A stretch of 64,000 nt of DNA from Gemmatimonadales bacterium (lineage in GTDB: Bacteria > Gemmatimonadota > Gemmatimonadetes > Gemmatimonadales > GWC2-71-9): NCBI GenBank assembly GCA_035280265.1, contig DATEGE010000005.1, positions 983 to 64,982 of the forward strand, written 5' to 3'. The position numbers were made by a program, and so were the translations under genes. Position 1 is the stretch's first letter. Each line of letters starts with the position of its first letter. Positions 8,578 to 17,769 of this stretch are shown piece after piece. Under the pieces are notes generated by a model. It was not told the origin of the DNA. It saw only the letters and a program-made list of their open reading frames with translations, and made no database searches.

Positions 8578-9506
8578 CTCCGCCGTAGTGACTCCCGCAG
8601 CACATTGCCGAGCAGAAAGGCGACGTTGGCGGGTCGCTCCGCCAGCCGCCGCATCAGGTAGGGATACCATTGGGTGCCGAAGGGAACGTAGACGCGCACG
8701 TTGTAGCCGTCGCGGCGCAGGGCGAGCTGGAGATCGCGCCGCACGCCGTACAACATTTGAAACTCGAAGCGCGCGGGTTGGATGCCTTTGTCGCGCGCGA
8801 ATGCCTTGGCGTGGGCGATGATGCGCGCGTCGTGCGTCGCGATCGCCGGGTATTGGCCCTTGAGCATGAGCCGCTCCATGCACCGCACGTAAGTGAGATC
8901 GACGTCTCGCTTGTCCGGGAAGGCGATCGCGGCGGGCTCCTGGTACGCGCCCTTGCAGAGTCGGACCCGCGCGCCCAATGCGATCATCTGGTCCACGTCC
9001 GGCTCGGTGCGCCTGAGATACGACTGGAGCACCACGCCGACGTTGTTGCCAAACTCGGGATACAAGCTGCGCTTGAAGAGCTGCAGCGTCCGCTCGGTAT
9101 ACGTGGACTGCTCCATATCGATCCGCACGAACGATCCGTGCGTCGTCGCCCGGCCGACGATGGCGCGCAGGTTGTCGACGCACAGACGCTCCTCGATATC
9201 GAGGCCCATCTGCGTGAGCTTGACCGACACGTTGGCGTCGGCGCCGAAGGGCGCGATCCGATCCAACGTTTCGAGATACGCGTCGCGCGCGGCGTGCGCC
9301 TCCGCCGCGGTGCGCACCGACTCGCCGAGCAGATCGAGGCTGGCGTTGAGCCCGGCGGCGTGCAAGTCGCGGAGCGCCGCCACTCCCGCCTCCACGGTCT
9401 CCCCCGCCACGAAGCGCGCGGCGAAACGGCGAGCGAGCCCGTTGCCGCGGATGAATCGAAAGATTCGGGGCTGCTCGCTGAGCCACAACAGACCGGTGCG
9501 GAGCAA
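8574..9506 (-). CDS. Proline dehydrogenase (monofunctional PutA-like)
   Basis: 310-aa ORF. RFVAGETVEAGVAALRDLHAAGLNASLDLLGE, VSVKLTQMGL and FEFQMLYGVRRDLQ are typical of the proline dehydrogenase family. Confidence 0.85.
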   Translation of the reverse strand: MLRTGLLWLSEQPRIFRFIRGNGLARRFAARFVAGETVEAGVAALRDLHAAGLNASLDLLGESVRTAAEAHAARDAYLETLDRIAPFGADANVSVKLTQMGLDIEERLCVDNLRAIVGRATTHGSFVRIDMEQSTYTERTLQLFKRSLYPEFGNNVGVVLQSYLRRTEPDVDQMIALGARVRLCKGAYQEPAAIAFPDKRDVDLTYVRCMERLMLKGQYPAIATHDARIIAHAKAFARDKGIQPARFEFQMLYGVRRDLQLALRRDGYNVRVYVPFGTQWYPYLMRRLAERPANVAFLLGNVLRESLRRS

Positions 9507-9533
9507 ATGGGGGTAGGGGTTGGGGCGCAGGAG

Positions 9534-11660
9534 CTAGGGGTAGAACTTCGCGTCGCGTCGCGCCTGGTCGCGCAATGCGTCGCTCGGGGCGAAGCGGGCA
9601 CCGTAGCGCTCGGCGAGTCGCTCGAGCTCGCCGACGATGCGAGGGGCGCCGAGGTCGTCGGCGTGGCGAAGGGGACCGCCTCGGAACGGGGGGAATCCGA
9701 AGCCAAAGATGGCACCGACATCGCCGTCGCGGGGTGACCGCACGATGCCCTCGCATACGGCGCGGACCGCCTCGTTCAGCATCACGAGCACCAAGCGCTG
9801 GATGATCTCCGCCGGGCGCGGGCCGCCGTTCGGGTGGGTGCCGATCAGCTCGTACACGGCCGGATCGACGCCTCCCTTCTTGCCTCCCGAGTACTTGTAG
9901 AACCCCTTCCCTGCCTTGCGTCCCAACCGCCCGCTCTTCACCATCCCGGCGAATTCGGCGACGGGCGCGAAGCGCTCGCCGAACGCCTGGTGCATCACGC
10001 CCACCACCTTCTCCCCGACGTCCATCCCCACCTCGTCCAGCAGCGTGATCGGACCGACGGGGAACCCGAATTCCACCATCAAGCGATCGATCTCCTCGAT
10101 CGCGACACCCTCGAGGAGCAGGTGGCCCGCCTCGTTCATGTAGGGGGTGAGAATCCGGTTGATCCAGAAGCCCGGGCTGTCGCGCACCACGATGGCGGTC
10201 TTACCCATCCGGCGCCCGAAGGCGACGGCGGTGCTCACAACGGCCGGGGCGGTGCGCTCGGATGGGATCACTTCGAGCAGCGGCATGCGGGCCACCGGTG
10301 AGAAGAAGTGCATGCCGATCACCTGCTCCGGACGATCGGCGGCCTCGGCGATGCGGTGAATCGGAATGGTCGACGTGTTCGACGCGAACACCGCATCGTC
10401 CGCGCTCGCGGCCTCGACTTCGCGCAGCACCTGCTGCTTCACCTGCAGGTCCTCGAACACGGCTTCGATCACGAGCTCGGCGCGCCCGAAGCCGGTGTAG
10501 CCGTCACCGCCCGAGAGGAGGGCGACGAGGCGGGCGTGCTCATATTTCGTGATGCGTCGCCGCTTGAGGCGGTCGTCGAGGATCTCCCGCGCCGTGGCGA
10601 GCCCTTTCGCGACGCGCGGGAGGTCCGCGTCCTTCATGCGGACGTCCACCCCCGCCTGTGCGATCGCGGTGCCGGCAATCCCCGACCCCATGAATCCGGC
10701 GCCCACGACCCCGAGCCGATGCACGACGACGGGCGCGGGCGGGTTGGGGAACCCGAAATCCTTCTTGAGCGCGGTGGTCGCGAAGAAGATCTGCACCAGC
10801 TTGCGCGACACGTCAGTGACGGCCAGCTGTCCGAACAACTGCGCCTCGCGCTTCAACCCTTCGGTCATCCCGTGCTTCAGGCCATGCTCGACCGCCTCGA
10901 GCGCGGCGGGCGGCGCGGGGTAGTTGCCGCGCGTCTGCTCGAGCACGCGCTTCCTCGCCGCCCGAAACACCAGCCGCCGGCCGAGCGGGTTGCCGTCGAG
11001 CAGCCATCCGGTGAAGCCGCCGGGTCGCTTGCGCCGGGGACGCCAGCCGCCGGCCATGCGCTGCGCTGCGGCGATGGTGATGTCTTTGAGGATGGCGGGG
11101 TGCACCAGCTCGTCCACGATGCCGAGTCGGAACACCTTCTCCGCCCGCTCCACCTTGCCCGCCAGGATGATATCGAGCGCCGCCCGCACGCCGATGAGCC
11201 GGGGAAGGCGCTGGCAGCCGCCCGCGCCCGGCAAGATGCCGAGCTGGACCTCGGGCAGCCCCAGCTGGGTCTTGGCGTGGTTGGACGCGACCCGGTAACG
11301 GCAGGCGAGCGCGAACTCGAGCCCGCCGCCGAGACACGCGCCGTGTATCCCAACGGCGACCGGCTTGGGGAAGCGCGCCACGCGGTCGAGCAACTCCTGG
11401 CCTTCGGCGGAGAGCCGCTCCGCCTCGGCGGCGGTGGTGAGCTTGACGAACTCCTCGATGTCCGCGCCCGCGATGAAGCTGTCGGGCTTTCCCGAGAAGA
11501 ACGCCACGGCTCGCACGGCGGGGTCACGCTCCAACGCCTCGAATGTCGCGAGCACGTCCTGCTTGACGGCGGCGGAGATCTTGTTGACCGGCTCGCCCTG
11601 GAGATCGAACGTGACGACGGCGATGCCCGGCTCGGCGAGCTCCCACGTGAGCGCGATCAA
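9534..11660 (-). CDS. Multifunctional enoyl-CoA hydratase / 3-hydroxyacyl-CoA dehydrogenase (FadJ/FadB-like)
   Basis: TTG 11660 forms a TTGA overlap with the thiolase stop, giving [21 protein letters not shown] crotonase region ([24 protein letters not shown]) is followed by an NAD-binding region ([14 protein letters not shown]). The track ORF upstream part (to 11996) is Arg/Pro-rich and unlikely. Confidence 0.85.
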   Translation of the reverse strand: MIALTWELAEPGIAVVTFDLQGEPVNKISAAVKQDVLATFEALERDPAVRAVAFFSGKPDSFIAGADIEEFVKLTTAAEAERLSAEGQELLDRVARFPKPVAVGIHGACLGGGLEFALACRYRVASNHAKTQLGLPEVQLGILPGAGGCQRLPRLIGVRAALDIILAGKVERAEKVFRLGIVDELVHPAILKDITIAAAQRMAGGWRPRRKRPGGFTGWLLDGNPLGRRLVFRAARKRVLEQTRGNYPAPPAALEAVEHGLKHGMTEGLKREAQLFGQLAVTDVSRKLVQIFFATTALKKDFGFPNPPAPVVVHRLGVVGAGFMGSGIAGTAIAQAGVDVRMKDADLPRVAKGLATAREILDDRLKRRRITKYEHARLVALLSGGDGYTGFGRAELVIEAVFEDLQVKQQVLREVEAASADDAVFASNTSTIPIHRIAEAADRPEQVIGMHFFSPVARMPLLEVIPSERTAPAVVSTAVAFGRRMGKTAIVVRDSPGFWINRILTPYMNEAGHLLLEGVAIEEIDRLMVEFGFPVGPITLLDEVGMDVGEKVVGVMHQAFGERFAPVAEFAGMVKSGRLGRKAGKGFYKYSGGKKGGVDPAVYELIGTHPNGGPRPAEIIQRLVLVMLNEAVRAVCEGIVRSPRDGDVGAIFGFGFPPFRGGPLRHADDLGAPRIVGELERLAERYGARFAPSDALRDQARRDAKFYP

Positions 11661-12916
11661 CGGCGCTCCAGCACCATGGCGAGGCCCATCCCACCCTGCG
11701 CGCAAATCGACACCAGGCCGAACTGCACGTCGCGGCGGACCATCTCGTTGGCGAGCGTGGTCACCAGGCGAGCGCCGGTGGCGCCGAACGGGTGACCAAT
11801 AGCGATGGATCCGCCCATCACATTGATCTTCGCTTCGTCGATCTCCCAGCCCTTCGCCGCCCATCCTTGCAGGTTCGACAGCACCTGGGCTGCGAACGCC
11901 TCGTGGATCTCGATCAGGCCGAGGTCCCGCCATTCGAGCCCGGCGCGCTCGAGCGCCTTGGGGACGGCGAAGATGGGCGCCTGGAGGAGCTGCCACCCGG
12001 GGTCAACCGCGGCCACGGCATACGAGCGGACGAACGCGAGGGGTGAATACCCGAGGGCACGCGCGGCGGGCTCGCTCATGAGCAGGACCGCGGCGGCTCC
12101 GTCTGTGAGTGGCGACGAGTTCGCCGCAGTCACGCTCCCGTAGCGACGATCGAACACCGGCTTGAGCTTGGCCATCTGCGCGAGCGAGGTATCGCGCCGG
12201 ATGCCGTTGTCCTGGGTGAGCACCGGATCCGACGTGTGCGGGGGAAACCAGGGCACGATCTCGGCCGTGATGCGACCGTCCTCGGTTCCGCGAGCGGCGA
12301 ATACGTGGCTGCGGAGCGCCCAACGGTCCTGCGCTTCACGCGTGATGTGGTTCTCCTTGGCCATCTTCTCCGCCGACTGCCCCATCGACTCGCCGGTCGA
12401 CGGCTCGGCAATGGCGGGGGACACCGGCACGAGATCGCGCGGCCTGATGCGGCTGAAGGTCTTGAGCCGGGCGCCGAGCGACTTGGCCTTGCTCGCCTCG
12501 ACCAGGATGTCGGCGAGGCGCCGGGAGGCGAGAATCGGAATGTCGGACAGCGACTCGACGCCACCGGCGAGGATGACCTCGGCTCCACCGAGCACGATCT
12601 CGTCGTGGGCATTGGCAACGGCCTGCCCCGAGGACGCGCACGCGCGGTTCAGCGAGTAGGCGGGGATCTCTTTGGGAAACTGCGGCAGGAGGCTGACTTC
12701 GCGGGCGACGTTCGGCACGAGGGCCGACGAGACGACCTGACCGAAGATCACGGCGTTGACGGCAGCGCCGTCCAGGTTCGCCCGCTCAAGCAGCTCACGC
12801 GCTACGAATCGCGCCAAGTCCACGGCGCGGGCGTCCTTGAGCGCCGTCCCGGCCCGGCAGAACGGCGTGCGGCAGCCGGCCACGACTGCAACGCGCCGCC
12901 CATTCCCACCCGGCAT
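11657..12916 (-). CDS. Acetyl-CoA C-acyltransferase (thiolase, FadA/FadI-like)
   Basis: 419-aa ORF. It has the active-site context SLNRACASSGQAV and the C-terminal GGSIAIGHPFGATGARL and CAQGGMG motifs. Confidence 0.9.
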   Translation of the reverse strand: MPGGNGRRVAVVAGCRTPFCRAGTALKDARAVDLARFVARELLERANLDGAAVNAVIFGQVVSSALVPNVAREVSLLPQFPKEIPAYSLNRACASSGQAVANAHDEIVLGGAEVILAGGVESLSDIPILASRRLADILVEASKAKSLGARLKTFSRIRPRDLVPVSPAIAEPSTGESMGQSAEKMAKENHITREAQDRWALRSHVFAARGTEDGRITAEIVPWFPPHTSDPVLTQDNGIRRDTSLAQMAKLKPVFDRRYGSVTAANSSPLTDGAAAVLLMSEPAARALGYSPLAFVRSYAVAAVDPGWQLLQAPIFAVPKALERAGLEWRDLGLIEIHEAFAAQVLSNLQGWAAKGWEIDEAKINVMGGSIAIGHPFGATGARLVTTLANEMVRRDVQFGLVSICAQGGMGLAMVLERR

Positions 12917-13040
12917 TACATTCCCCTCCCGTCAGTCAAGCTCGAAACCTACTACGAGGCTGGCCGTCGGGCCAAGCCGGAGAACGCCGACGAGCGACAC
13001 GCCCTTTTCGCATCGCACGCGCGCCGAGGCGCTCGAGTCG

Positions 13041-14669
13041 ATGTCGGCCGAGCCGGTAGACCTGCTCGTCATCGGGGGCGGGATCACCGGCGCCGGCATC
13101 GCGCGCGAGGCGGCCCTTCGCGGCTTTCGCACCGCGGTGGTCGACCAGGGCGATCTCGCCCGCGGCACGTCGTCGGTCTCCTCGCGACTCATCCATGGTG
13201 GGATCCGCTACCTCGAGCAGGGCGACTTGCGGCTCGTGCTCGAGGCGAGCCGCGAGCGGCGCGTCTTGCTCCGCATCGCACCGCACCTCGTTCATCCGTT
13301 GCCGTTCGTGTTTCCGGTGTACCGCGGCGCGCGCGTGCCGGCGTGGAAGGTCCGAGCCGGCATGTGGCTGTACGACCTGCTCGCCGCATTTCGCAACGTG
13401 AAGACGCACCGCTGGCTGAGCGCGAAAGCCACGCGACGCCTCGAGCCCGCGTTGCGCGAGAAGGAGCTGCAAGGCTCGGCGCTGTACTACGACGCCCAGA
13501 CCGACGACGCACGCCTCGTCATCGCGACCATGCGGAGTGCCGCGCGGGCCGGCGCGCTGGTGGCGACTTATGCGGAAGTCACGGCACTCCTCAAGCCGGA
13601 CGGCCTCACCCGCGGGGCGACACTGCGGGACATGCTGACGGGCCGACACCACACCGTCCGCGCGCTCGTGGTCGTCAACGCCACAGGACCGTGGGTGGAC
13701 CAGATGCGTCGGCTCGACGAACCCGGGGCGCCACCGCTGCTGCGGCTCACCAAGGGGGCCCACATCGCCGTGGCGCGCCAGCGAGTGGGGAACACGCGTG
13801 CGGCCACGTTGCTGTCGCCGCTCGACGGCCGGGTGATGTTCGTGATACCGTGGGGCGACCTCAGCTACATCGGGACGACCGACACTGACGAGGATGCGTC
13901 GCCGGACGAAGTGCGTGCGACGGCGCGCGATGTGATTTACCTGTTGCGTTCGGTCAACGCGTTCTTCCCGCAGGCGCGACTTTCCCCACGCGACGTGATC
14001 GCGACATGGGCGGGCATGCGACCGCTGCTCCGGCCGACGCGCGCCGTCACGCCATCCGAGGCATCGCGCGAGCACCGCGTGGTCGAGAGCGCGAGCGGGC
14101 TGATCACGATCGCCGGCGGCAAACTCACGACCTACCGCGTGATGGCGCGGGACGTCGTGGACCGGGTCGCGGCGCGACTGCGCGCGCTCGACGGTCGTCC
14201 ACGCGCACCCCGGGCCGCGACCGATCGACTGCCGCTTCCGGGCGGCGAGACCGCCGACCTCGAGGGACTCGTGAAGGCCGCCCTCGAGCGGGGGACATCC
14301 GAGACGACCGCGCGCCACCTCGTGGGCGCCTACGGAAGCGAGGCGGCCGCGGTGCTCAACCTGGTGGACCGGGATCGGGCGCTCGGCGGGCGGATCGTGG
14401 CCGGTCGGCCCGAGCTCTGGGCCGAGGTTGTGCATGCGATGGAGCGCGAGCTCGCCATCCGGCTCGACGACGTGCTGGTGCGGCGGCTGCATCTCTTCTA
14501 CGTGACCCGCGACCAGGGCGTCGCGGCGTCGAGCGCCGTCGCCGACCGGCTGGCGGAGGCGCTCGGCTGGGACGGAGCGCGCCGCGCGACGGAAGTGGCG
14601 GAATACCTGAGACTGGTACAGCGATCCCGCGCCTTCTCCAAGGACGTGGCGAGGCTCGGGAAACGCTGA
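13041..14669 (+). CDS. glpD: FAD-dependent glycerol-3-phosphate dehydrogenase
   Basis: ATG 13041 gives MSAEPVDLLVIGGGITGAGIAREAALRG...GTSSVSSRLIHGGIRYLE. The track ORF start (12756) overlaps the divergent thiolase and is over-extended. Confidence 0.85.
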   Translation: MSAEPVDLLVIGGGITGAGIAREAALRGFRTAVVDQGDLARGTSSVSSRLIHGGIRYLEQGDLRLVLEASRERRVLLRIAPHLVHPLPFVFPVYRGARVPAWKVRAGMWLYDLLAAFRNVKTHRWLSAKATRRLEPALREKELQGSALYYDAQTDDARLVIATMRSAARAGALVATYAEVTALLKPDGLTRGATLRDMLTGRHHTVRALVVVNATGPWVDQMRRLDEPGAPPLLRLTKGAHIAVARQRVGNTRAATLLSPLDGRVMFVIPWGDLSYIGTTDTDEDASPDEVRATARDVIYLLRSVNAFFPQARLSPRDVIATWAGMRPLLRPTRAVTPSEASREHRVVESASGLITIAGGKLTTYRVMARDVVDRVAARLRALDGRPRAPRAATDRLPLPGGETADLEGLVKAALERGTSETTARHLVGAYGSEAAAVLNLVDRDRALGGRIVAGRPELWAEVVHAMERELAIRLDDVLVRRLHLFYVTRDQGVAASSAVADRLAEALGWDGARRATEVAEYLRLVQRSRAFSKDVARLGKR

Positions 14670-14685
14670 TACTATCTCCCTCCCG

Positions 14686-15543
14686 ATGCGCGCCCTCCCC
14701 ACCCTGGCTCTGCTGGCCACCGCCGTTCCAGGACTCGCATGTCGTCGCCCAGCGACGACTCCAACGATTACCGCGTGGACGCTCCAGGGGCCCGGCGACT
14801 CACTGATTCCCGAAGGGCCGCTGGGCAGCGCGATTCGCCGGGGCCGGGCCCTGCTGACGGCCACGCGTGAGAGCCTCCCGAGTCACGTCGGCAACAGACT
14901 GCGCTGCGTCAGTTGCCACCTCGATGGCGGGCGCCGCCAGAGCGGCTCGTGGGTAGGCGTGTACGCGCGGTACCCGCAATACCGCCCTCGCAGCGCCACC
15001 GTGGAGACGATCGAGTACCGCGTGAACGACTGCTTCCGCCGTAGCATGAACGGCCTGGCCCTGGCAACCGACGGACCCGACATGCGCGACATCGTCGCGT
15101 ACTTGTGGTTTCTCTCGCGGGACGTCCCGATCGCACCGGTGGCGCCGTCCAACCGCCTCGCGAAGTGGGCGGCGTTGCAGTCCGATACCGCGGCGGGCGC
15201 GCGAGTATACGGCAGCGTATGCGCCAAATGCCACGGGGCGGACGGCGCGGGGACGGCGCTGGCGCCGCCGCTCTGGGGGCCGGAATCCTACAATCTTGGT
15301 GCGGGCATGGCGCGCGTCTTCACCTCGGCGGCGTTCATCCGCGACAACATGCCGTTCGAGCAGCCTGGGACGCTCACCGACCAGCAGGCGCTCGACGCCG
15401 CCGCGTACGTGAACGCCCACTCGCGCCCGGATTTTCCCGACAAGCTGCACGACTGGCCCAACGGCGGCGCGCCGCCGGACGTCGCGTACCCGACGCTCGC
15501 CGCGCAACGCAAACAGCGTCCCAGTGAAGACCACAGCCGTTAA
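14686..15543 (+). CDS. Dihaem c-type cytochrome, TsdA/SoxA-like (possible thiosulfate dehydrogenase)
   Basis: It has two CxxCH motifs (CVSCH aa 74-78, CAKCH aa 179-183). A conserved Cys lies in RVNDCFRRSMNG (aa 116) and NMPF is at aa 221-224. These fit the His/Cys and His/Met ligation pattern I remember for TsdA. An N-terminal signal peptide is present. Confidence 0.6.
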   Translation: MRALPTLALLATAVPGLACRRPATTPTITAWTLQGPGDSLIPEGPLGSAIRRGRALLTATRESLPSHVGNRLRCVSCHLDGGRRQSGSWVGVYARYPQYRPRSATVETIEYRVNDCFRRSMNGLALATDGPDMRDIVAYLWFLSRDVPIAPVAPSNRLAKWAALQSDTAAGARVYGSVCAKCHGADGAGTALAPPLWGPESYNLGAGMARVFTSAAFIRDNMPFEQPGTLTDQQALDAAAYVNAHSRPDFPDKLHDWPNGGAPPDVAYPTLAAQRKQRPSEDHSR

Positions 15544-15557
15544 CCACAGGAGGATGT

Positions 15558-16253
15558 ATGTCGGACGTTTCGAGTCTCATGACCCATCGCCGCGGATTCC
15601 TCGGTCGTCTCGCCGCCGGCGCCACCGCCTTGGGCCTGGGCGGACTGATCGCACCCAGCGAAGTGACGGCCCACGCCACACGAGGCCCGGCCGAGGCATC
15701 CGCCAACCCGGAGTTCGAAGCCTGGCTGAACAGGATCACGGGTAAGCACAAGATGATCTACGACGTGCCCGAGCCGAACGACGGCTTCGCGTTCGCGTGG
15801 GCGCGGGTGTTCTTGAACACGACCAACGAGACCTACGGCACCACCGACGCCGACAACAGCGTGGTGGTGGTGCTGCGCCACGCCGGGATCCCATACGCCA
15901 TGGACAGCGCGATGTGGGCCAAGTACAAGTTCGGCCAGACATTCAAGATCACCGATCCAGCCACCAAGGGCCCCGCCGTCCGGCACCCGCTCATTCACCT
16001 GAAGCCGGGCGATGCTCCCATCGCTGGGATGGGTGTGGACGAGCTGCTGGCGAAAGGAGTCCTGGTGGGCGTCTGCAATATCGCGCTGACGATATACAGC
16101 GCGAACATGGCTAAAGAGATGGGGGCGCAGGCCGAGAGCATCAAGAAGGAGTGGGTGGCAAGTCTCCTGCCGGGCGTCCAGGTGGTGCCCTCCGGCGTGA
16201 TCGCGGTGAACCGGTCCCAGGAGAAGGGCTGCGCGTACTGCTTCGCCGGCTAG
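15558..16253 (+). CDS. Tat-exported periplasmic protein, tentatively DsrE/DsrF-like fold
   Basis: The SD AGGAGGA precedes the ATG. It has a twin-arginine signal MTHRRGFLGRLAAGATALGLGG. The C-terminal segment GVLVGVCNIALTIYSANMAKEMG is reminiscent of DsrE-type proteins. The function is uncertain. Confidence 0.55.
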   Translation: MSDVSSLMTHRRGFLGRLAAGATALGLGGLIAPSEVTAHATRGPAEASANPEFEAWLNRITGKHKMIYDVPEPNDGFAFAWARVFLNTTNETYGTTDADNSVVVVLRHAGIPYAMDSAMWAKYKFGQTFKITDPATKGPAVRHPLIHLKPGDAPIAGMGVDELLAKGVLVGVCNIALTIYSANMAKEMGAQAESIKKEWVASLLPGVQVVPSGVIAVNRSQEKGCAYCFAG

Positions 16254-16262
16254 ACCCTTGTC

Positions 16263-17672
16263 CTAGATCGGTCGCTTGACCCGCGCCCGCGGCCGTGGCC
16301 TCCCGTGCGGCCGCGGGTCGTCTTCGGATTGAATCTGGTCGAGCGCCCATTGAGCGGCGTCCTGAACGTCGCCGGAGTCGTCCGAAAGGGCCGCCTTGAG
16401 CGGCTCGACCGCGCGGGGGCTTTCGAGTTGGCCCAGCGCCCATGCTGCGGCGATGCGGACTTCCGGCTCGCGGTCCTTGAGCGCAGCCGCCAGGGGATCC
16501 ACCGCGGCTTCGTCCTCGAGCTGGCCGAGCGCCCACGCAGCGAGCTGCCGTGACTCCGAATCCGGGGCCTTGAGCGCAGCGGCGAGCACGTCGAGCGCGC
16601 TCCGGTCCTCGATGACCCCCAGCGCCCAGATCGCGGCGTGCTTCAGATCGGGCGAGTCACCCTGTAGCAAAGCCCCGAGACCTCGGACGGCACGCGGGCT
16701 CGCGATTTGCCCAAGGGCGTGGACCGCGGCCAGCTGCACGTCGTGGTCGCCATCGCGCAGCGCCGATAGCAGCAGCTCGGTCGCATCCTTGTCCGCGATT
16801 TGTCCCAGGGCCCACGCGGCGGCACGGCGCACCCGGGGCGACTGATCCTTGAGGGCCTCCCCCAACGCGGGCACCGCGCCGCCGCTCTCGAGCTGACCCA
16901 GCGCCCACGCCGCCATCTCCCGCACTTCGGGCGAGCGGTCTCGCAACGCCTGGCTGAGAGGCGCGATCGCGCGGGAACTCTGCGCTTCCCCCAACGCCCA
17001 GGCCGCGGCCCGGCGCACCGGCGCGGAGTCGTCCGCCAGAGCTTGCGCCAGCGGACCGACCGAGCTCGAATCCGCCAGCTCCCCGAGACCGCGGGCTGCC
17101 ATCGCCCGGACGCTCGCATTCCTGTCTCGGAGCGCGTCCTGCAGGGGCCGCCGCGCGTGGCGATCGTCCAGCTCGCCGAGGCCAAGGGCACCCGTTTCGC
17201 GCAGGCCGGGGCTCGCGTCGCGAAGCAGCGCGACGAAGGCGTCGTAGATCCCTGGCGAGCGCGCCCTGCCGAGCACGCGCGCGGCGATATTGCGGACGCA
17301 GCGGTTGTCGTCACGGAGCGCCGCGCGGAACGCTCCGAGCGCGGCTGCGCCGTCGCGCCGTCTCCCGCCGGCGTAAGCGTGAACCCGCATATGCGGCGCG
17401 CGGAAGCCCCCGTGCATCATCATCGGCATCGGCATCGGGGTGGGCATCGGCATCGGCATTGGCATGGGGAGCAGTCTCGTATCCCAGGGGAAGCCCCACG
17501 CGTTGCTGATCGTCTGACCGGCCAGCTCGCAGACGGTGGAATCGGAAGTCTGGAGGAGCGCCAGGACCCGGGCGACGGCGGCCGAGTCCTTGGGAGCCTG
17601 GGGGTCATCGGGAACCTGCTGCGCAGCGAGCCCTGTCGCCGCGAGGACCAGGAAAGCCGACCAGCGGGGCAT
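16263..17672 (-). CDS. Secreted HEAT-repeat (PBS-lyase-type) protein with an internal Met-Pro tract
   Basis: 469-aa ORF with a signal peptide (MPRWSAFLVLAATGLAAQQ). It holds about eleven repeats of the VRxAAAWALGxLxxxxAVxPLxxALxD type, plus PMPMPMPMPTPMPMPMMMHGG near the N-terminus. Confidence 0.85.
   Translation of the reverse strand: MPRWSAFLVLAATGLAAQQVPDDPQAPKDSAAVARVLALLQTSDSTVCELAGQTISNAWGFPWDTRLLPMPMPMPMPTPMPMPMMMHGGFRAPHMRVHAYAGGRRRDGAAALGAFRAALRDDNRCVRNIAARVLGRARSPGIYDAFVALLRDASPGLRETGALGLGELDDRHARRPLQDALRDRNASVRAMAARGLGELADSSSVGPLAQALADDSAPVRRAAAWALGEAQSSRAIAPLSQALRDRSPEVREMAAWALGQLESGGAVPALGEALKDQSPRVRRAAAWALGQIADKDATELLLSALRDGDHDVQLAAVHALGQIASPRAVRGLGALLQGDSPDLKHAAIWALGVIEDRSALDVLAAALKAPDSESRQLAAWALGQLEDEAAVDPLAAALKDREPEVRIAAAWALGQLESPRAVEPLKAALSDDSGDVQDAAQWALDQIQSEDDPRPHGRPRPRARVKRPI
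17415..17467. repeat. Hexanucleotide tandem repeat (CGGCAT)n encoding (Met-Pro)n
   Basis: Read directly: catcatcat cggcat cggcat cggggt gggcat cggcat cggcat tggcat. It is in frame within the HEAT-repeat gene. Confidence 0.85.
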
Positions 17673-17769
17673 ATGGACCTCGGTGGAAGCGGGATGGGGG
17701 AGAGGACGTTACGAGATAGGACGCGCAGGTGGGGTGGAAAGGTTGCAGGTGCGCGCCCGGGGGGGGCGG

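Noticed and set aside
8578-9756. Upstream 390 codons of track ORF 8245-9756
   Set aside because: This part is extremely Arg/Pro-rich and fully overlaps the proline dehydrogenase and FadJ-like genes in another frame. Only the last 110 or so codons look coding.
12936-14864. 642-aa minus-strand ORF antisense to glpD and the cytochrome gene
   Set aside because: The reasoning is the same: Arg/Pro-rich composition, and the plus strand carries well-supported genes.
17673-17769. Purine-rich tract (ggtggaagcgggatgggggagagga...) resembling the cassette arms
   Set aside because: I found no complementary partner arm nearby and no enclosed gene. It is probably just the 5' UTR/promoter of the HEAT-repeat gene.
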